Assembly: GCF_009834535.1 (NCBI RefSeq) | Contig: NC_045697.1 | Span: 84,322,001 to 84,386,000, forward strand | DNA length: 64,000 bases | Direction: 5' to 3' | From: Camelus ferus | Lineage: Eukaryota | Shown: positions 39,921 through 54,959 of the stretch, piece by piece | Position numbering within the stretch: position 1 is the stretch's first letter | How the letters are laid out: every line of letters starts with the position of its first letter | The notes under the pieces: model-generated | Told to the model about the DNA's origin: nothing | What the model saw: the letters and a program-made list of their open reading frames with translations, nothing else | Databases searched by the model: none | Made by a program: the position numbers and the translations under genes

Positions 39921-42574
39921 TAATAATTTGATAGCCAGGTACTTCTTCAACTCTCTTTTTAGATAGGCACTTTTAGCTGATTCTCTTGGGTTCCTCCATT
40001 TAACAATCATATCATTTTGGAAGTTATTTTGCCTCTTCCTTTTCCATGCCTCACCTTATTTCATCCTTTCCTGTCACCTGATTGCTTTGGTAAGAATTTA
40101 CCTCAGGCAATAGAAAAATATTAAACTCTGCTTGAGTTAGTATTGGTTATTACTAATTTTTTATAGAATCTCTCCATTTCATCAAAATGTATTGGTACAC
40201 TGCCTTGTCTAAAATCTTTCTAAAAATTCCTTCTGTATCTGAAACCACAATTCCCTTCTAATTCCTAAATGTGTTTCTCTTATTTTCCTCATTATCTGTG
40301 TTGGAGATTTGTTTTTTATTATTGTGTTTGCCCATTACCTCTTGTTTTACTATCCTTTCTCATTTCATAAATTTATCTTTTCAATTTCTTTCCTCTGCTT
40401 TCCTTCTTCCTATTTGTTTACTTTTGGGGGCAGCATAGAGGGTGAGAAAGAAAAAGGCGTTATCATTCTAATTTCTTCAGATGAACATATAATTCAAATA
40501 ATTTCATTATTTCCTGATTAACAGTAACAAAATATTTAAAGCTATATATCTCCTCTGAGTATAGCTTCGACTGTGTACCTTGAGTTTTTATGTTAAATTG
40601 ATACAACCATTGATTTTCCAAAATGTTATACTTTCATTTTGACTTTTGATTTTTTTCTTTGTCACTTGGGAGAATATTTTTCAGTTTCTAAGGGAACTTT
40701 TTCCTTCCAATTTATCCTTTTATTACACATTTCTAGTTTTACTGCAATGTGATCCAGGGGAGTAGCTATCAATTCTAATTTTTAGTAATGACTGAGTTTG
40801 TTGTATGTGTGTATATCACCAATATTTATAAATTTCTGATGGATATTTGATAGGAATTTGTATTTTTAAATTATGAAATATAAAAGTAAACCTATACATG
40901 CTGATTAAATCCGTTTCATTTTTATATTAATCAAGTCTAATGTTTCCTTATTTTTTCCTATACTTCAACATTCTATGAAAAGTGTAGCAAAGGCTCACAC
41001 TATGACTACCATTTTGTCCATTTCTCCTTGTGTTTTTAATAGCTTTGACTTTCATACGTCAATGATGTTATTTAGTTTGTTAGAAGCATTTATGACAATT
41101 ATATTTTCCTCTGTGGATTTAACTTAGTCAATGCAAAGTGATTCTGTATATTATATGTTTTTACTTTGAATAGAGATAACACTGTTATCACTAAATTTTG
41201 CCCATTTTGTGTAAAATGGGTTCTTCAAATAGTATATACTTCATATCTTCCAGACATTCCTCAGTGTTTCTTGTCCAATAAAGGTAAGCTTCTCTGTTTT
41301 TCAAGGCTACTATGAAATTTCTCTTTTTTTTTTCCTATTTCTTCAATCAATTCTTGAAACTATATTCCTTATATTTATTTTTATTTTGTAGATTTTACCT
41401 TTTATAATTTTCAAGCTATAATTTCCTGCTTTTTTTCCCCCTCATTTTCTTCTAATTATTACTGCCCCTACAGTCATATTTCCTTGCACTTCTTATTACT
41501 AAGCATAATTTATAATTCTCTAACTAGGAGGAAAAAAAACAGATACTTTAAGCAGTATGTACCATGGATGACACTGCACAGTTTAATTATACTTGCATTA
41601 TGAAAATCCTAGCAAATATTTTATAAACAAATGAACAATTAGTGATACTGACAGATGATAAAATTTAATATGAAAAATGAAACTAAGTAGAAGTCAAATT
41701 TAAACTTACATGATTTTAGAATATTTACTTTTGCTTTGGAATCATACTGCAACACATAAATGAGCAGAGGATTAAGACAGTAATCAGTTTGGAAAATACC
41801 TTCAGTAAAAAGTACATACGTCTCTCTCAGACTTCACTGTCAAACAATGAGTGGTATAGTACTATAATTTTTATTACTTTTTCACTAAAAACAGAGATGG
41901 AAATGTAAGTCATAACAAAAGTGGACATGTTCTCAACAACTTTTTTTGACATGGGAATGGAACTAATTTCTTCAGAATACACCCTGAAATTGGTATGGAA
42001 AATAGACATTAAGAATTTCTGGTAAATATGATAGGAGAAAAAGGCAAATTTAGCCTAATAAATAGGGGAAATAATTGGTTAAAATAAATGAATGTTGAAT
42101 GAGGAAAATATTTTCTTGATAGTGTTGGAAACAAAGTGGTGGAAACACTCTATCAGACAGAGCACTAAGGAAACATGTAATATGAAACGATACCTCAGGG
42201 GAATACATTTGATGATACAACAGGCCCCGTCCTGGTCTAATGTCTATAATTTCATCTAATTGTCAGTAATGGGAAAAAAGGAAGGGGAAAGAAGATTACA
42301 AAAACCACATGGGCTCGTCTGTCTTTCTGCATGTAACTCTGTAGGGATTCTGTATTAGAATTACATAATAGCAGAATCTGGTCTGTGACACCAAGAAGAA
42401 TTATCTACAGCCATGATATTTTCCATGCTACATCTGTGAGTACAAAGTACAGTCAAGAATTCAAATTCTCAGTTTTGTCACACTTATGAGACGGCAGAGA
42501 ATACTGAAAAATTTTCCTCTTGGAATTAACTTGAGCCCCCACCAGAAACCCCACTAGGGAAATCTTTTTCTTTC

Positions 42575-42630
42575 TTCCTTCCTTCCTTCCTTCCTTCCTT
42601 CCTTCCTTCCTTCCTTCCTTCCTTCCTTCC
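42575..42630. repeat. (TTCC)14 microsatellite within an approximately 80-bp pure pyrimidine tract
   Basis: Read directly. Confidence 0.95.
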
Positions 42631-44925
42631 TTTCTTTCTTTTTATTGACAGGGAATTTTTCCTTTCCAAAAACGTTTGCTTACTTTTGGCTCTGTTATCA
42701 AGCAGGGTGACATAAAATGTATGCCAAGAGAAGTCTGATTATTTCAACTGTTTCAGTTTTTTCTTTTGTCTGCTCACTTGCCTAAAACAGTGATAGGATC
42801 ATAGAATGTGAATTTTTGTCATACAGATCTGAATTTTTGTCATGCAGATCTGACAGGTGATCTAGTCCAGCTCCGCAGAGGTGAGTAACGTGCCCATAAT
42901 GTTTTAAATGCTTAAAGGAAGAGCGGAGCCAGCAGGATGTCGTGAGTCCTATTCCAGAGCAGGGATCTTTGCACTTCCCCACACTAACTTTTATTTATCA
43001 AATGTGTAAGGTGATGGAAAAAGCCTGATGTATAACCTCCTCCAGCCACTCCCCATTTCCCATTATTATTCCAAAGAGATGCTGCTCAGAAAAAGCAAAG
43101 ATGTGACTCGATGTGACAAGTTGCCACTCTGTCCTCCTTCTTATCAGAAGTTAATAGTAAACAATGCATCACTTCTGGAATTCATGTCACATTTTCAAAA
43201 GTTGAAGGCAGCTTGTGGCAAACTTTATATCAAAAAGCATTTTTTAAAAAGCATAACATTTATCATGTAGTTTTCACCTAACACCCTATGATATAAAATT
43301 TAATAACCTATATTTTTACTTGGTATCATAGTGTAGGGCACCCTCATCACTTTTCTTTTGTCGTTTATGTTAGAGGTCTGATCGGTGATAATCTTGCAAA
43401 GAGAGCTGACATATGAATTCACTAGGCTCTCCTGTTTCCTCTAAGAATTGAGAACAGTGCAGGTGATGAACAGCCTTCAGAGTCGACAGGCTGGCTTCCA
43501 TGAGGTTTTACGAGGCAATTCACCTGGGTCAGTGAGCCCAGCCCTGTAGGCTTAGAAACTAGATTACCACGCTGAGAACAGATCCCACTCTCTGGGGTTG
43601 AGAACAGTACCTAAGTTCACAAGACAATGGTTAAAAGCAGAATAGTATCAATGTCCAACAAGAGAAAGATTCTGCCCCAGGTATGTGAACCTGCAGCTCC
43701 AGCCTATTGCCTGACTTATGGCAGGTTCAATGATTTATGATAAGAAATAAGTGGCAAAGCGATCAATACATTTGAGAGCATATGAAAAAATGCATTCTCT
43801 TCCTATGAGTTAACATATCTCAGAAAGAAAATAATCAGAACAAGGACAGTCAGATTGGTGGGCTGTATAATGGCATAAACCCATGGATCTGCCTTGCGGT
43901 AGGGAGGCACACCAGCAAAGGGACTGGAATCACTGAGGAGTAACTGGCTACAACTTGCTGCGTCCATTGCCACCCAACTGCTAGTCCCGACAAGTGGCCA
44001 GAATACTCTATGCACAGATTCAACCCTCTACCTCCATCCCCATACGAGGGGCAAAGGGTCCCTGACTCCTGGACAGAGCTGGAGAGGTTCTTTTAATATT
44101 TGCCTTTTTTTCCCCTATTTTCATGACTGTTATCTCTCCCTCCTCCACCTTTCTGACTGACACTCTCCTTTAATAAAATTACACTCAAGTCTTGCAACTT
44201 GGAAACTATTCAGAATTTTTAAGGTAAATTTTTTATCTAAGCCTTGCTCTCTTAGGGTTTTTACTTAAAAGTCGAGCCTTTAAAAGGCACTCATACTTGC
44301 TTTATTCCAAGTTCCTGGGGGATTTAACAGTTCAGTCCATTTTCACATGATTGGCATATAAAACCCCACATTTCCTGTTCTAATCTTAATATAACTTGCA
44401 ATGCCATGAAACAAGTATATCAGCAATAGGAAACATCATCCCATTTTTCTGAGAATGACGTCTTCCCCTATTCCTGAAGCAGACATTTTTTTTTACTAAC
44501 CTTCCCTGAGACAGGAATTTTTGCTTGTTCACTGATTTATCCCAAGCATTTATGTCTAAAGCAGTGGAGTGTTCAATAAATATTTCTGATGAGTGAACGA
44601 ATACAACCTACAATCTAAATAAACCACATATTCAAAAAAGAAAAATCAGAAACCAAGAAGTGAGAGACTCTAAAAGAATACACATTATCAACTTGATATC
44701 TGTCTAATAATTTTCAACATGCCATTCTTAAAACTTCTGTTGAAATAGGATTATAATTACAAAATACATTATTGTCAATATTTAACAAATGTTTGTTGAC
44801 ATTTAGCAATATAAAATTATTTCAAAATTCTTTCATCATTCCAATTTTTATCTTTTTTCACACATTTTATTCTTTAAATTTACTCTTGAAAGAAAGAAGT
44901 TTCTAAGAATACATGTTTTTCTTTA

Positions 44926-45117
<192 letters not shown>

Positions 45118-45889
45118 CTATATAAACTACACTGGACATCTGAAGCCACTGATATATTCATCTTTTAGTAGCTAGAGATAATATCAGAGTGCAGAAAATG
45201 TATAAATTATAATGAAGTTCATATAAATGTAATATAAAGCAATCAGTCTTTATACTATTAAAAATAATAAATATCCTATATGAATTTTTTCCATTTTAAA
45301 CATTCCAAGTAGCTTATAGTAATACTAAGCAAAGTGTTTATTCAGTTTCTACTATCCCCGTGCAGTAGATGTCTCAAATAACAAGAGTGGCAGGAGCCAA
45401 AAGCATTACTCCGCATAGGATACTACGAGTTACAAATTTATCCTTTAGTCCTACCACTGTTTCTAGTGCCCGTATTGCTAAAAGTTCTAAAAACATTTCC
45501 TAGATATGCAAACAACAAAATCAAAGCAGCTACCTCAAAGTGCAATACTTTTCTTAAGTAAGATGCGAGAAAATACTAGAATTCAAAGTTTCCAATGTCT
45601 GAGAAACTGATCTGTGTAGCTTTCTTGATGAGGAAAACAGATACTCATTTTTCCACAGAGCTGTTCACTGTGGTGCATCACCGATTACGTACATTAAGCC
45701 AAATGGAACTTAATTTTTGAGAATAAATTCAAGAACTCTAGCAATACTATCTAAAGTTTGTCATTGACATTAAGTGGGTAATAGTTAAGGTACCTCAAAA
45801 TTAGCTTATGATAATTCATTCACACATGTTAAAAAAAAAACTGATAAAAGTACAGAGAAAAATACTCAACTACAGCTGACCACCTCTCA

Positions 45890-46258
<369 letters not shown>

Positions 46259-49200
46259 TTAAATTATAGAGTAAAGTGTATATCTTCATTGGAAAATGCC
46301 GCTTAAAACATACTTGATGATTTACAATTTTGGTAGTTACTATAATTGAAATGTTTTGGAGAAAATAAAGACCCATAATTTTTCCAGTTACCTGAAACGA
46401 GTTTTAAAATGTCCTAAGGAATCATTACCACTGTTAACGGGCATGTTGTAATTTGTGCCACTTAATGTAAAATCATATGAATTTTTCCCCTACATCTTAT
46501 TTTCTCATCAGATTATAGAATGACTAATGTTTAGTGCCTAGTTTACTTCCTTAGTTATTTAGTTAATCTATCCATCTCAATAAAACAATCTTTGACACAT
46601 TTCAGACCAAGAAGAAAACCAAGCAGGCCTAGAAGAATTTTATTAACCTCCTCTCTCTTCTTTTTTCTGCTTCGAAATCTTTTATGACACTTTTTAAAAT
46701 AAAAAATTACTTGAACTTTCAATATTTTCCCAGTTTTTTTCCAGTTTCTCGCTTAAGGAGTTGAACATAAAAGATTACCCTGATGTCAGAGGGTTCATAA
46801 GTACAGTGCCAGCGCTGGAATTGGGAAAACAGAACATCTCTTTTCATAAGGAAACGTCACATGTTCCCTGGTGATAGGGGTGAATCTGGCAAACAGGGTC
46901 AGGTTATGGAAATTTACTCCTGCCGGAAAGATGTGCCTATGTGAACTGTGTAATACCACTAACTGAAGAAATAGGAAAGCCTAATGGTGTGAGCCATTTC
47001 AAAATAAAACATGTGCCTTAGGAGAAATGTCCATTTGTTCTGAGCTCTCAAAGTTTCTGTCCTTCTGCCCAAACCGATTCTAGGACAGTGGATTCAAATG
47101 GTGTTCTTTAGCACTAGCGACTCCACAAAGATTCCTGAAGTCTTCAGCCTCATTCCTGGCCAGGATATTTCAGTCTTTCCTTTCTTTGCTGTACACTCTT
47201 GGTTAAGTGTAATTCAGTCAAATTAGGTACTGACTGTATGTCCAATATTACATGTAAGTGAAAAAGAATGAAAGGGAAATGACAATAGTAATACAGGAAT
47301 AGATGACTTCAGATTGAACATCTACTGATTTCAGGGTCTACACTCTTATACACCATATCCACCATTTTTTAAAGTGCTAAAAACCTTTTGGCTATTTTTA
47401 AAAATAGGTGTTACTGTATTTAACTACATTTTCCAATATAATTATAGTTAACAAGTATTAGCAAGTATATATATTCCAAGAAAGTAAGCTTAAAGAATTA
47501 ATTCTATGTATTTGTCCTTTTATGATAAAATGTGCATTAAAAATTAACATGAAGTTAACTAACATGGAGTTACAGCACTAAAATATCTTTCTTAAAATTA
47601 AGAGCTAATTAATAAACTGTACGACATCAAACTCATTTCTTCCTTCTAATTGGGTGGCTCTTTGAGTCAAAGCATATAAACCCTAAAACCTCCCACCATG
47701 TGGAAATGAGTTTCCCTTCTAAAATTCTCAGGCGACCCAAAACTTGACAGCTTTCTGTGCTTTATACCACTGATGATATGATTCTCATAATTATATGTAA
47801 TGTTCACCCTAATGTTTGTTTAGTTTTATACTTAACATTTCAAAACTGTCTTCAACAAATTAATTTATAATAGATAATTAGTGGGTTGGCTAGAAAAACA
47901 CCAAATAGCCATGATTTTCAACTGATACATAACTGCCTACAGAAAATGATTTGCTTACTGCTAACATCATCAAATTGCCTAGCATTTCATCTCATGGAGA
48001 CTGTTGGGATTGACAAAGTATTTAATGAGAACTGGAGAGGCCTAAATTCTATTAATAAATAATTTTAGAAATGTAATGAAGAATCTGCTGGTCAAGTGTC
48101 AATGTCAGTTAGTAGTTTTTCAAAATGCTGAAGTTACTAAGCACCATTTTAATTCACCGTTTTCACAAAATTAAGCTTGATATCTAATTTTTATTAAAAT
48201 AAAAACATTTACATTACTAAGAGGTCTTTTATTGCATCATTAGAATAAAGGCTAACTATTAGATGATGTAAGGCATTAATGCTGAATAATTTTCATTGCT
48301 GTAAAATTGGTTTATAAATCAGTTAAAATGATCCATGTAAATTAGTTTCATTTAAGGTAACCACACTGACCTATTTATCCTTTATGAAAAATATCTTTAT
48401 ACTAAGACTGTCTTGGAATGATTTTTAAAAGTAGGAAGAGATCTTCTATTTTACCTACAGTGAGGGAACATGATATTCATCAGAAACAAATCAAATATAT
48501 AGCTTAGACTTACATATAGTTAAGACCACACTTAAAAAAATATTCACCAGTAGAGGTCACTATTATACCAAGTGACTAGGTTTGCGCAGCTGTCACTTAG
48601 AAAAATTAGAGGAATTGTCAGAATTTTAACGAAAATCAAAATGCAAATACATAAAATATAGCTACACAAGCATATACTGCTATACAAATATTCAAAGGTA
48701 AATGTAATAATTCATCATTTTGTACATTTAATATACATTATCATACTGATTTTCCTCCTATAGTGTGGATACATGTAAATTCATAAATATACATGTATAT
48801 ATGTATTTTTTAATAAATACAGCAATTCATTATTTATGCAAGCCGAAAAGTAAAGTAATCAAATATTTACATGTTTAGAAGCTTTCTAACATGTTCTTTA
48901 TAAAAAGCAACAAAAATGTTATGGCATCATAAAATCAAACTAATATATATTAGCTATATATATTAATGCTCCTCCTAAGAAAAAGTCTTCAAAACTGCCA
49001 TAGGCAGCATAGCCCAATACCAGCACTTAAGAGAGATAACAGGACATATTCAAAAAGGATTCAATACCAACTAAAACAACATCAAATATGCCAGAAAATG
49101 CATACACAGAGGCATGGAAATGCAATATAAACTTCAGTTCACGACCAGCAATGCTAAAAAGGAAACAAAGGTTGGCTATTCTGTTGTAACTATGTGAGCC

Positions 49201-50099
49201 AGAAACTCCAGGGTAGCAGAAGAATCTCTGGGTAGAGATACCACGGTTTATCCACCTTGACTACACATCCTACACCCAAGTCAGCAGTCAAGTCAGCAAC
49301 CAAGGAGTACCTTCTGAGTCAAATAAAATCCCCACCTGCTCCCAAGTTACATTCACTCTTTTGCTAATTCCTAAAAGTCTTTTAATAGAAGAAAAGGCCT
49401 TTCATGTATCATATTGTTAAATAACAGTCTTGAAATAATGAGTCATGATTTAAATACAGTCACTTAACAAGCTAACAACTTCAAGTCACTATAGTCAACA
49501 GTTTCTGAGTCTTGATGGGGAACATGTAAGGGGACAAGAAATGCTACAAGAGATAAGAGAAGAAGAAGAAAGGAAAAGGTACAGAGGACAGAAGACAGTT
49601 TCTGCAGACCTCACACTGATCCATGGGTCGGTCTTAATTAAGAGGGTCAGAGCAAAACCACGCTGTGCACTGAACTATTTTCTTCTTCTCCTTCTCCTCC
49701 TTCTTCTTCTTTTTTTTTTTTTTTTTTTGGAATTGCAAGGTTTATATTCATGAACTGCTTGTATAAATATCACTAGATGAACACTATCTATTCCCAGTCC
49801 TTACTCTTCTCTGCAACACTTAACACTTTTGGCTGCTTCTTTCTTTTCTCAAACTTGGCCAGTCATGTATCAGTTTATGTGACAGTGAATTTATACAACT
49901 TTCCTGCTATTTCTCTGACCCCTCTTTCACCCTTGCCAGTGATCATTCTCTAAAGATTTCCTTTGTCCTCTGCTCATCTTCTTTTGCAATCTGTCAGTAA
50001 TTACTCACTTATAATTTTGTTGAAGTATTTTATTCTTGCAGCTGCAAACTCAGTTCTGCTTTATATGATCTGCAGAGATGATTTTCATTTTACTTTGTT

Positions 50100-50660
50100 T
50101 CCAACTTTTTACTACAAACATTTTCTTCCAATTTTTTATAGTGAACGTTTTGAAATACACAAGAAAGCTGAAAGTAAAATGAATATCCTACTGCTAGATT
50201 CAACAATTTTTAATATTTGCCACATTAGCTATATCTACATATATATGTGTGAATACATTTATTTGTTTAAATATATTAAATTTAGATATTTATTTATTTT
50301 TGGCTGAAACATTTTAAACTAAGGTGCAGACATCCTAACACTTCATCCTTAAATACACCAGCATGCATCTCCTAGAAATAAGAACAGTCTTCTACTAATC
50401 ATGGTTATCTTCCTAATTCCAAAGAAAAGGTAACAATAATTCCCCACCAACATCTATATCCAGTCCATATTCAAATTTCCAGTTGTCCTCAGAAATGTCT
50501 TTGATAGCTATTTGTTTCAACCAAGATCTAATCAAGGTTCATATACTGCATTTGGCTATTATGTCCAAAAACAGTTCCACCCTCCATCTTATTCAATGAC
50601 ATTGACTTTTTGAAGAGACCTGGCCAGTTATCTTACAGAATGTTCTATAGTTTAGATTTG
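50100..50660 (-). mobile_element. Old L1 3' UTR (L1MB/ME-like)
   Basis: cttaaatacaccagcatgcatctcctagaaataag ... tccagtccatattcaaatttcc ... gacattgactttttgaagag. Confidence 0.7.
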
Positions 50661-51718
50661 CACAGAGGTTAATTTTAAAGCACCACCACTAAGGAGCTTG
50701 GTTACTGAGGACAGTACTGTGACACCATTCAGTACATGAAATAATTTTCTGATAGGTCAAGGGTAGTGTAAAAAACCTAGAACTTTAATATCAAATAGTA
50801 AAGTTAAGGTTCTGTTTCTATGAGCATATGAGGCTTTTAGATGAAACATCAATAATTGAGGGTAAAATTAATTGACACAAATTATTTTGGGGGTGAAATA
50901 ATTTGAAAGAAATGAATAATGAATAGTATAATAAAATAGCATTACATCCAAGAATTCCTGATGCTTTACCCTGGCAGACTTATATTCCTTAGATTATCCT
51001 ATCACTTCAGCAAACAACACCAGTATTTTGCTAAGGGTGCAAAGGGAAATATGAGAAAGAACATTTACTCTAAATCCTTTCCAAAATTCTTCAGTAAGCA
51101 AACATAAAATTGGGGCAGTAACATCTATAGCTTCAATATATTAATACTTGCTACTGTTTCTGAGTACCAATTAACAACAAAAAAATGAACACAATTTTCA
51201 AAATTACAGAAAACATGAAAAAGAAATGAACTACAATAGAGAACTGATCTGACTCCAGCCATAGGTACATGTACTGGTGTGACTGAGATCACAGGCTCCC
51301 TTCCAGTGTTAGTTAAATCCCCATGGCTGATTCCAGATCAGAACAGACTCACAGAAAAAATGTGTTTGAAGCCTATCAAATTTCCAGTGAGGTTCCAATA
51401 TGTAATATGCACAAATGTAACTGAAATATAGTACTTGTGGGCCTTAAATGAGCCAGTTCACAAAACACGCTGTACTCAGGCCTATACTAATCATGACACC
51501 ATTCACTGTAAGAAAGCATTCTTCTACAGGTCAACTGCAGTGGAAAAAACCCTGGAACTGTAACATCAAATAGTAAAGTACTTTCACAAATGGAATTATT
51601 TGTGGGAGGAAAAAAGCAGCTGACCCTTCCATGTCTTAAATGAAAAAGGCCAGGAAGTAACTGTTTAGCCATTATTATATACTTGTGATAAAGACAGATT
51701 AACAGTAAATCTTCTTAC

Positions 51719-51786
51719 CTTGGTAAAGTATCTGACGATTTTTCTAATTCCTCACGTTCCATGTGAAACACACTAGAAAAAGAATC
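51719..51786 (-). CDS. PDE5A: PDE5A coding exon 7 (68 nt): DSFSSVFHMEREELEKSSDTLP(R)
   Basis: Manual translation; acceptor tttttag|GAT, donor AAG|gtaaga; phase 0-2 joins exon 8 in frame. Confidence 0.96.
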
Positions 51787-53785
51787 CTAAAAACAGACCA
51801 ACAACACAGACTGAAAAATAAGTTTGAGAAGGTAGTGAAAACTATCCAGATACAGACAGACAAATCTGTGCGACTGACTGAAGACACCACTGTTCGTGAC
51901 ATTTTTTTAACTTTTTCTCAAACAAACCGAGTGCTTTAGGACATCCTCACGTCTACTTCCCGTTACTAAGAACCATGCTCCTGCTGTTTCTCATACTAAC
52001 TTGCAAAAATGCTTATTTGAATACTATTTGTTTTTGCTTTGCTACCAACTGTTAATGAATATATTAGCTTCAAATTTTCTCTATATTTATTCAAAATCCT
52101 CAAGTTTTAGCTTTCATGCATACATTGATTGCTGTTTTTTTTAAAGACATATAATTCAGGAATACTTTATGAAACCCTGAAATTATGAAGATTTTAGTAA
52201 CATTGAGAAGTACTTTTGAAGTTAGATTAAAAAGCAGAATACATAGTTGCACCCATGCTGTATTTACAACTAAATAAACTGGAAGGAAACACAGAAATAA
52301 AACAATGACATTAGTTTAATTAGGGGGTTGAAGGACGTACATTTTTTTTTCTTGCTCACATTTGGATTTTTGCTCATGTTGTTGAAATATTTTTAATAAA
52401 AAGTAATTATAATATAAATGAACACCAAGTCACTTAACTGTTACACTCCACAAATTAATTTGTTAAAAAGTAAGCAAAATATATTAAAGGGCATATTGCT
52501 GAGCTATACCTCAAAGCACCACTGACACCAGTCAGTTGCTGCCTTGATAGGTGTTAACTGGTCATTCAGCATGAGCTGAATGTTAATTAAAGTGATATTT
52601 AAACTGTCTAAAAATAGGAGTACCCTTGTGTATAACTTTCAAAAATTCAATGCTGAAGAGCAGGTCACAGAGCAAAAATGATAAATTGACATACTGCATT
52701 AACGAATTCTGACCTGAACTTTAAAAGGATGGCTGTGATCTTCTAATTATCTCTTTGGGAAAGGAGTTTATAACTGATTGAAAATATGAAATAATATCTT
52801 TGAGAATACCAATTATCTTACATATAGCACAGTGAATTCTCATTTGATTTCTTATTAATGAGAATTACACACAAACAGAGAATGATTCAGATAATGTTGA
52901 ATCATAGAGGCTCACTATTTAAAACAATTTAAAAATTTTAAAATATAAGTATTAAATATCTTTTATTATTCTACTTCCCCCCAAATCATCAATTCAGATA
53001 TCATGTATGGATTGTAACTAGCCTACATAATTGAAAACCCCATTCTCTTTCCTAACCCACCAATGAAGAGCCTATTCTCAAGGTCTAAAGGAAAAAAAAA
53101 ACAACTACATCAAAAAGAAATATCCCCAAAACAGTGGTTCATTGGTTGAGAAGGAAAAGAAACTACATAAAGGAAAACCGCTTTAGGCTAAGAGTCCTGA
53201 TTCTAACAGCAAAATCAGTTGGCTGTCCAGAAGTAACCAGCACTCTGTGAGAACACTCCATCTTTCCTCACACATCTTATTTCTTTACATTACAAATCAA
53301 TGGCTTGAACTCTACCAATTAGAACAGTTTAGTGGCTTTCCTCTGTGGGTAATGAACTTAGGACTTACAGCCATCTTTAGTAACACTGCCTCCATTGGGC
53401 CATGCCTTTTGTTTTCTATACGATCTCTTGTAAAAAGAAATTTCTATACCCAACCTATTCAGAATGGGGGGGGGGGTCCTACCTGTTCATAGCAAGAGGG
53501 CACCACTATTTCTAACCATAAAAGGTCTGCACACCATAATGACAATGTACTTCTTCATCAAGGCAGGGCAGCCGTTGACAAAGCAGCACACTGACATTCC
53601 CATGGTAGCTACTTAGTGGAGGGCTCCAAGGTGAAAGGGTGCACTGAAGGCATCCTCCAACCTCACCTCTACCCCTTTTCCACCAGAACAGATCATACTC
53701 TGGTTGACTTTACATAAACAACCATATTCAGCTGGGTTTGGGAAAGAGTTCTGAGGTCAATGTGAGGTTTAAAAACAGTGCTTTA

Positions 53786-53977
<192 letters not shown>

Positions 53978-54169
53978 CTAGACAAAAAAAATAAGAACTT
54001 ATTATTTAGCAATTGCTTGCAATTATTAAAGCAATACGATGATTTATATGTTGTTTTATAAGTTGTTTCTATATAATCTAACAAGTTACAACCAAGCTTT
54101 CTTTCAAGTGTTAAATATCTAAGTCTCTGCTTACCAACAAAGCTTCCCTGTTGATGGTTAGTACAATTA

Positions 54170-54345
54170 GTATAGTGGTTATGATCACCGACTCTGAAGC
54201 CAGAGCCAACAGTTTTTAATTCTAGCTTCCCCTCCTGCCAGCTTTGTGATTTAAAGCAAGTTTCTTAAAAATGCGGATAATAATAGCTCCCAAATCATGA
54301 GGCTGTTGTGAGGACGAAATAAGTTAACATTTATAGAGCATTTTG
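54170..54345 (+). mobile_element. MIR SINE
   Basis: tatagtggttatgatcaccgactctgaagccaga ... ggctgttgtgaggacgaaataagttaac. Confidence 0.75.
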
Positions 54346-54959
54346 AGCAGGATCGAATACAGAAAACACACTACTGTTTTTGTTGATCCAAACTTCTGAG
54401 ATCAATATTTATCAACACTGCCAATATTTTCACAGAGCACAATAAACATTGTCCAAAATAAACAAAGTTTTAAGAGTTCCTTTTGTGTTTTTCCTGGTAA
54501 TTTCTCATTCCTTTAATTCCATAGAATTTCATCTAATCTCACAAAATATTTGTGCAATGACAGGGGAGAAAGGGTATAGAAAATTTACTGGAGGTGATAC
54601 TATCCTAGCTCAGTCCAAATCATTCAGGTGAAGTGGAGAAGGAAAATATCTCAGTCAAAAAGAACTGGATTGAGAGAAAGCAGTGAACTGCAAGTTTCAA
54701 TCAAGTTTTATGAGGATATAGAGTGTAAAGAGGAGAACTGGGGAGATGAGGTTGCAGAGTTAAGCAGAGAAAGAACCTCAAAAGCCCTATACGTCTTCTG
54801 AAGCGGTCTGGACTGTGATGGAGGGCAGGAAACAAGTGACAAGACCACAGGTGTGTTTGTAACAATGAAGACTGGATTATGGGTGGCAGGAATGGAGCAG
54901 CGAGAAGTTAGGAAGATACTGCAGCTGAAGGCAATAGAAGGTCCCCGGTCATATTAACA

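Larger units (their letters stand above)
38900..41500 (-). mobile_element. Old L1 (L1M/L1ME-like) body, heavily decayed, containing nested insertions
   Basis: Long T-rich tract with antisense L1 motifs (ttctattgtgttccatc; attagaattgatgtaaatct; gattctcttgggttcc); boundaries approximate. Confidence 0.55.
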
